Source: Cereibacter sphaeroides 2.4.1 (lineage in GTDB: Bacteria; Pseudomonadota; Alphaproteobacteria; Rhodobacterales; Rhodobacteraceae). From it: DNA of 32,000 bases. The translations under genes were made by a program, and so were the position numbers. Below, one piece after another: positions 28,304 through 32,000 of this stretch; the stretch's first letter is position 1; each line of letters opens with the position of its first letter. The stretch covers positions 2,730,001-2,762,000 of the forward strand of contig NC_007493.2 of the NCBI RefSeq assembly GCF_000012905.2, read 5' to 3'. The notes beneath the pieces were generated by a model, which was not told the DNA's origin, ran no database searches, and worked only from the letters and a program-made list of their open reading frames with translations.

Positions 28304-29101
28304 ATGCTGATCCGATTGTTCCTCGCCTCGTGTCTGGCCCTGGCTGCTCTGCCGGCCGCCGCGACTCCGCCCGACCAGATCCTCAAGGCCGAACTCCTGC
28401 CCGGCTGGCGCGAGGGCGGCCGGCATATCGCCGCCCTCCGGCTGAAACTCGCGCCCGGCTGGAAGACCTACTGGCGCAGCCCCGGCGAGGCCGGCATCCC
28501 GCCCGAGTTCGACTGGAGCGGCTCCAGGAACGTGTCGGGCGTGCGGATGCACTGGCCCGTGCCGCATGTCTTCAGCCTGAACGGGATGCAGACCATCGGG
28601 TACCGCGACGAGGTGGTGCTGCCCTTCGAGGTCGAGACCCGCGACGCGCGAGAGCCCGTCCGCCTCAGGGCGCGGGTCGATCTGGGCGTCTGCCGCGACA
28701 TCTGCGTACCCGCGGAATTCGAGCTCGACGGCGAGCTGGGGCCCGTGGGCGCGCCCGATCCGATCATCTCGGCCGCGCTCCGCTCGCGCCCCGAAACCGG
28801 CCGCGAGGCAGGCGTGGGCCGGGTGGCCTGCCGGGTGGACCCGATCGACGACGGGCTGCGGCTCACGGCCGAGCTCGACCTGCCCGCGACCGGCGGCGCC
28901 GAGGTGGTGGTGATGGAGCCCGGAACGCCGGCGATCTGGACCTCCGAGGCGGTCACGTCCCGGCAGGGAGCCCGACTCGTCGCCGTGTCAGACATGGTCG
29001 GGCCGGACGGCGTGCCCTTCGCTCTCGACCGCTCGGCGGTCACGCTCACCGTTCTGGGCGACCGCCGCGCGGTCGAGATCCGGGGCTGCCCGGCACCCTG
29101 A
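28304..29101 (+). CDS. Periplasmic DsbD N-terminal (alpha) domain-containing protein, 265 aa
   Basis: A signal peptide is present (MLIRLFLASCLALAALPAAA). The motifs APGWKTYWRSPGEAGIPP and GVCRDICVP are typical of the DsbD-alpha/DsbC-N fold family. Confidence 0.7.
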   Translation: MLIRLFLASCLALAALPAAATPPDQILKAELLPGWREGGRHIAALRLKLAPGWKTYWRSPGEAGIPPEFDWSGSRNVSGVRMHWPVPHVFSLNGMQTIGYRDEVVLPFEVETRDAREPVRLRARVDLGVCRDICVPAEFELDGELGPVGAPDPIISAALRSRPETGREAGVGRVACRVDPIDDGLRLTAELDLPATGGAEVVVMEPGTPAIWTSEAVTSRQGARLVAVSDMVGPDGVPFALDRSAVTLTVLGDRRAVEIRGCPAP

Positions 29102-29200
29102 GGCGGGACCGCCGCGACTGCGGCCGCCGGGGCGGGGGCTCGATGCCCCCGACGCGGCGTCCTCCCCGTCCCACACTGCCCCGCCGCCTCGCTGTCCGCA

Positions 29201-29230
29201 GCCCAGCCGCGCCGAGCCCAGCCGCGCCGA
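29201..29230. repeat. Perfect 15-bp tandem duplication (gcccagccgcgccga, two copies)
   Basis: The repeat was read directly at 29201-29215 and 29216-29230, in the convergent intergenic region. Confidence 0.9.
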
Positions 29231-29277
29231 AGTCGGCTCCCCCGCACGAACTTCCGCGCGCCCGGCCCCCGCCCGCC

Positions 29278-30060
29278 TCAGCGCGTGAGCCGCGCCTTCA
29301 CCTCCAGAAGATCCGCCCAAGCCTCGCGCTTGGCCTCGGGATTGCGCAACAGATAGGCCGGGTGGCACATCGGCATCACCGGCCGGCCCCAGGCCTCGGC
29401 CCAGCGACCGCGGAGCCGGGTGATTCCCGTCCGCCCCAGCAGCGCCGCGCAGGCCGTGTTGCCCGTCACCACGATCAGGTCGGGCGCGGCCAGCTCCACA
29501 TGCCGTGCGAGGAAGGGCGTCATCATCGCCACCTCCTCCGCCGAAGGATCGCGATTCTGCGGCGGCCGCCAGGGCATCACATTGGTGATATAGAGCGCGG
29601 TCTCGGCATCCGGGCTCGTGCGGGAGAGGCCGATCGCCGCGAACATCCGGTCGAGAAGCTGCCCCGCCCGGCCCACGAAGGGCCGGCCCGCCGCATCCTC
29701 CTCGCGCCCCGGCGCCTCGCCGATCAGCATGAGCCGCGCCGCCGGATGGCCGTCCGAGAAGACCGTGTTCCGCGCGCCCCGCTTCAGATCGCAGTGGTCG
29801 TAGGCCGCCATCGCCTCCCGCAGCGCCTCGAGGGTGGGCGCGGCCGCGGCCGCGCGCCGCGCCTCCTCCACCGGATCGGCCGCCGCGACCGGATCGGGCG
29901 CGGCCGTCGCCGCCACCGCGGCGGCGGCAGCCTTCGGCACCGGTTGCGCGTCGCCCAGCTCGTAACGGTTCACCGGCGCATCGAGGATCGCCTCGGTCGC
30001 GCCGAGATCCACCTGCCAGGCCAGCGCCGCCAGCGCCGCGTTCCAGTCCAGCCCGTCCAT
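29278..30060 (-). CDS. udg: Family-4-type uracil-DNA glycosylase with an N-terminal extension of about 85 aa, 260 aa
   Basis: This is the internal ATG (MDGLDWNAALAAL) of ORF 29278..30111, with a GGAGG ribosome-binding site. The motifs present are LIGEAPGREEDAAGRPFVGRAGQLL and CHPAYLLRNP. Confidence 0.8.
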   Translation of the reverse strand: MDGLDWNAALAALAWQVDLGATEAILDAPVNRYELGDAQPVPKAAAAAVAATAAPDPVAAADPVEEARRAAAAAPTLEALREAMAAYDHCDLKRGARNTVFSDGHPAARLMLIGEAPGREEDAAGRPFVGRAGQLLDRMFAAIGLSRTSPDAETALYITNVMPWRPPQNRDPSAEEVAMMTPFLARHVELAAPDLIVVTGNTACAALLGRTGITRLRGRWAEAWGRPVMPMCHPAYLLRNPEAKREAWADLLEVKARLTR

Positions 30061-30115
30061 CGCCCCTCCGACTCGCGCGCCGACCCTAGGCCGCGGCCCG
30101 TCTCCCGGCAACCGC

Positions 30116-30144
30116 CTTGCCCCGCGGGGCCCGCCTTCCTATAA
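30116..30144 (+). promoter_or_regulatory. Candidate sigma-70-type promoter of pyrB
   Basis: CTTGCC (30116-30121), a 17-nt spacer, then CTATAA (30139-30144). It lies about 30 nt upstream of the pyrB ATG and resembles the alphaproteobacterial CTTGAC-N17-CTATAT consensus. Confidence 0.4.
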
Positions 30145-30176
30145 GCGCCGCAGCCCGGTCCTCGAGGGAGTTGCCC

Positions 30177-31139
30177 ATGACCTTCCGCGCCCGCCACCTG
30201 CTCGGCATCGAGCATCTGGCCCCCGACGAGATCCGCTCCGTCCTCGACCTCGCCGACAGTTATGTGGACCTCAACCGCCGCACGATGAAGCAGTCGGACG
30301 CGCTGGCGGGGATGACCCAGATCAACATGTTCTTCGAGAATTCCACCCGCACCCAGTCGAGCTTCGAGCTTGCGGGCAAGCGGCTCGGCGCGGATGTGAT
30401 GAACATGGCGGTGGCGCAGAGCTCGGTGAAGAAGGGCGAGACGCTCCTCGACACCGCCATGACGCTGAACGCGATGCACCCCGATCTCCTCGTGGTGCGC
30501 CACCCGGCCTCCGGCGCCGTCAACCTCCTGGCCTCCAAGGTGAATTGCGCCGTCCTCAACGCGGGCGACGGACGGCACGAACATCCGACGCAGGCGCTCC
30601 TCGATGCGCTCACCATCCGCCGCGCCAAGGGCCGCATCCAGCGCCTGACCGTCGCCATCTGCGGCGACATCGCCCACAGCCGGGTCGCGCGCTCGAACCT
30701 GATCCTGCTCGGCAAGATGGAGAACCGCGTGCGCCTGATCGCGCCGCCCACGCTGATGCCGCCGGGGGTGGGCGAGTTCGGCTGCGAGCTGTACGACGAC
30801 ATGAAGAAGGGCCTCGAAGGCGCCGATGTGGTGATGATGCTGCGCCTCCAGAAAGAGCGGATGGACGGGGCCTTCATCCCTTCCGAGCGCGAATACTACC
30901 ACCGGTTCGGTCTCGACGCCGAGAAGCTCGCCTTCGCCAAGGAGGATGCGATCGTCATGCATCCGGGCCCGATGAACCGCGGGGTCGAGATCGACGGCAC
31001 GCTCGCCGACGACATCAACCGCTCGGTGATCCAGGATCAGGTCGAGATGGGGGTGGCGGTGCGCATGGCCTGCATGGATCTTCTGGCGCGGAACTTGCGT
31101 GCCGAGCGGGGCCGTGCGGCCGTGGGGGTGATGGCATGA
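30177..31139 (+). CDS. pyrB: Aspartate carbamoyltransferase catalytic subunit, 320 aa
   Basis: This is the internal ATG ([14 protein letters not shown]) of ORF 30117..31139, with a GAGGGAG ribosome-binding site. The motifs present are [21 protein letters not shown] and HPGPMNRG. Confidence 0.95.
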   Translation: MTFRARHLLGIEHLAPDEIRSVLDLADSYVDLNRRTMKQSDALAGMTQINMFFENSTRTQSSFELAGKRLGADVMNMAVAQSSVKKGETLLDTAMTLNAMHPDLLVVRHPASGAVNLLASKVNCAVLNAGDGRHEHPTQALLDALTIRRAKGRIQRLTVAICGDIAHSRVARSNLILLGKMENRVRLIAPPTLMPPGVGEFGCELYDDMKKGLEGADVVMMLRLQKERMDGAFIPSEREYYHRFGLDAEKLAFAKEDAIVMHPGPMNRGVEIDGTLADDINRSVIQDQVEMGVAVRMACMDLLARNLRAERGRAAVGVMA

Positions 31140-32000
31140 GCCTGCTTCTCACCAACGCCCGGCTGATCGACCCCGAGGGCGGCACCGAGACCGAGGGCGA
31201 CCTGCTGATCGAGGGCGGCCTCATCGCCGCCGTGGGCGCGCTCGAGCCGCCGCCCGGCGCCGAGGTCATCGACTGCGGCGGCAAGTGCCTCGCCCCCGGC
31301 ATCGTCGATCTCGGCGTGAAGGTGGGCGAGCCCGGCGAGCGCCACCGCGAGAGCTTCCGCTCGGCGGGCCTCGCCGCCGCCGCGGGCGGCGTCACCACGA
31401 TCATCGCCCGCCCCGACACGATGCCCGCCATCGACACGCCCGAGGTGCTGGAATTCGTCACCCGCCGCGCCGCCGAGGCGAGCCCGGTCCGCATCCGCCA
31501 CATGGCGGCGCTGACCAGAGGCCGCGAGGGGCGCGAGATGGTGGAGCTCGGCTTCCTGCTCGACACCGGCGCCGTGGCCTTCTCCGACTGCGACCATGTG
31601 ATCGAGACCACCAAGGTCGCCGCCCGCTGCATGACCTATGCCCGCAGCCTCGGCGCCCTCGTGATCGGCCATCCGCAGGATCCGGGCCTCTCGGCCGGCG
31701 CCTCCGCCACCAATGGCAAGTTCGCGAGCCTGCGCGGCATCCCGGCCGTCCATCCGATGGCCGAGCGCATGGGCTTCGACCGCGACATGGCGCTGGTCGA
31801 GATGTCGGGGGTGCGCTACCACGCCGATCAGGTCACCACCGCCCGCACCCTGCCCGCGCTGGAACGGGCCAAGGCCAACGGGCTCGACGTGACGGCGGGC
31901 GTGGGCATCCACCACCTGACGCTGAACGAGTTCGACGTCGGCGATTACCGCACCTTCTTCAAGCTGAAGCCGCCGCTGCGCTCGGAAGAGGACCGGCTGG
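31136..32000 (+). CDS. pyrC: Dihydroorotase-like protein (probable non-catalytic PyrC-prime type), 5' partial, runs off the window
   Basis: This gene is not in the ORF track because it has no stop within the window. My own translation from the ATG at 31136 gives [35 protein letters not shown]...[22 protein letters not shown]...[18 protein letters not shown]. It has an ATGA overlap with pyrB. Confidence 0.8.
   Translation, partial: MSLLLTNARLIDPEGGTETEGDLLIEGGLIAAVGALEPPPGAEVIDCGGKCLAPGIVDLGVKVGEPGERHRESFRSAGLAAAAGGVTTIIARPDTMPAIDTPEVLEFVTRRAAEASPVRIRHMAALTRGREGREMVELGFLLDTGAVAFSDCDHVIETTKVAARCMTYARSLGALVIGHPQDPGLSAGASATNGKFASLRGIPAVHPMAERMGFDRDMALVEMSGVRYHADQVTTARTLPALERAKANGLDVTAGVGIHHLTLNEFDVGDYRTFFKLKPPLRSEEDRL

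Overview
The window is a high-GC (about 68-70%) alphaproteobacterial core-chromosome segment. Gene order and protein sequences look like Rhodobacter/Cereibacter sphaeroides or a close relative; this is inferred and not verified by any search.

I support 36 protein-coding genes and one tRNA. From left to right:
- mdh, a TauE/SafE permease, and the ethylmalonyl-CoA-pathway genes mcl2 and mch with two uncharacterised genes between them.
- sdhCDAB, with two small lipoprotein genes inserted between sdhA and sdhB.
- A minus-strand run of M48/YgjP peptidase, GntR regulator and a DUF1127/Cys-rich protein.
- A TIGR02300 acidic protein, tRNA-Ala(GGC), a glycine-zipper lipoprotein, adenine deaminase and a DMT transporter.
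- An frcBCAK-like sugar ABC operon with a divergent ROK regulator.
- A six-gene Mrp/Pha cation/proton antiporter with a fused A-B subunit, followed by an NhaD-type antiporter.
- yqgE/algH, a DsbD-N-domain periplasmic protein, a family-4 uracil-DNA glycosylase, and pyrB with an overlapping dihydroorotase-like gene that runs off the window.

Many long ORFs in the track lie antisense to or out of frame with these genes. I rejected them as high-GC artefacts.

I see no mobile element, CRISPR array, defence system or toxin-antitoxin pair, and no compositional island, so this reads as an ordinary housekeeping region. The observations most worth following up are modest:
- The lipoprotein pair inside the sdh operon.
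- A membrane protein plus DUF1737 gene pair translationally coupled between mcl2 and mch.
- A twin 12-bp palindrome/hairpin between mch and sdhC.
- A DUF1127 protein fused to a six-cysteine domain, whose terminator loop reads UCCUCCC, reminiscent of CcsR/cuckoo sRNAs.
- Cofactor-ligand losses in the UDG, the ROK regulator and the PyrC-like protein.

All coordinates were derived by hand from the ORF track and the sequence.
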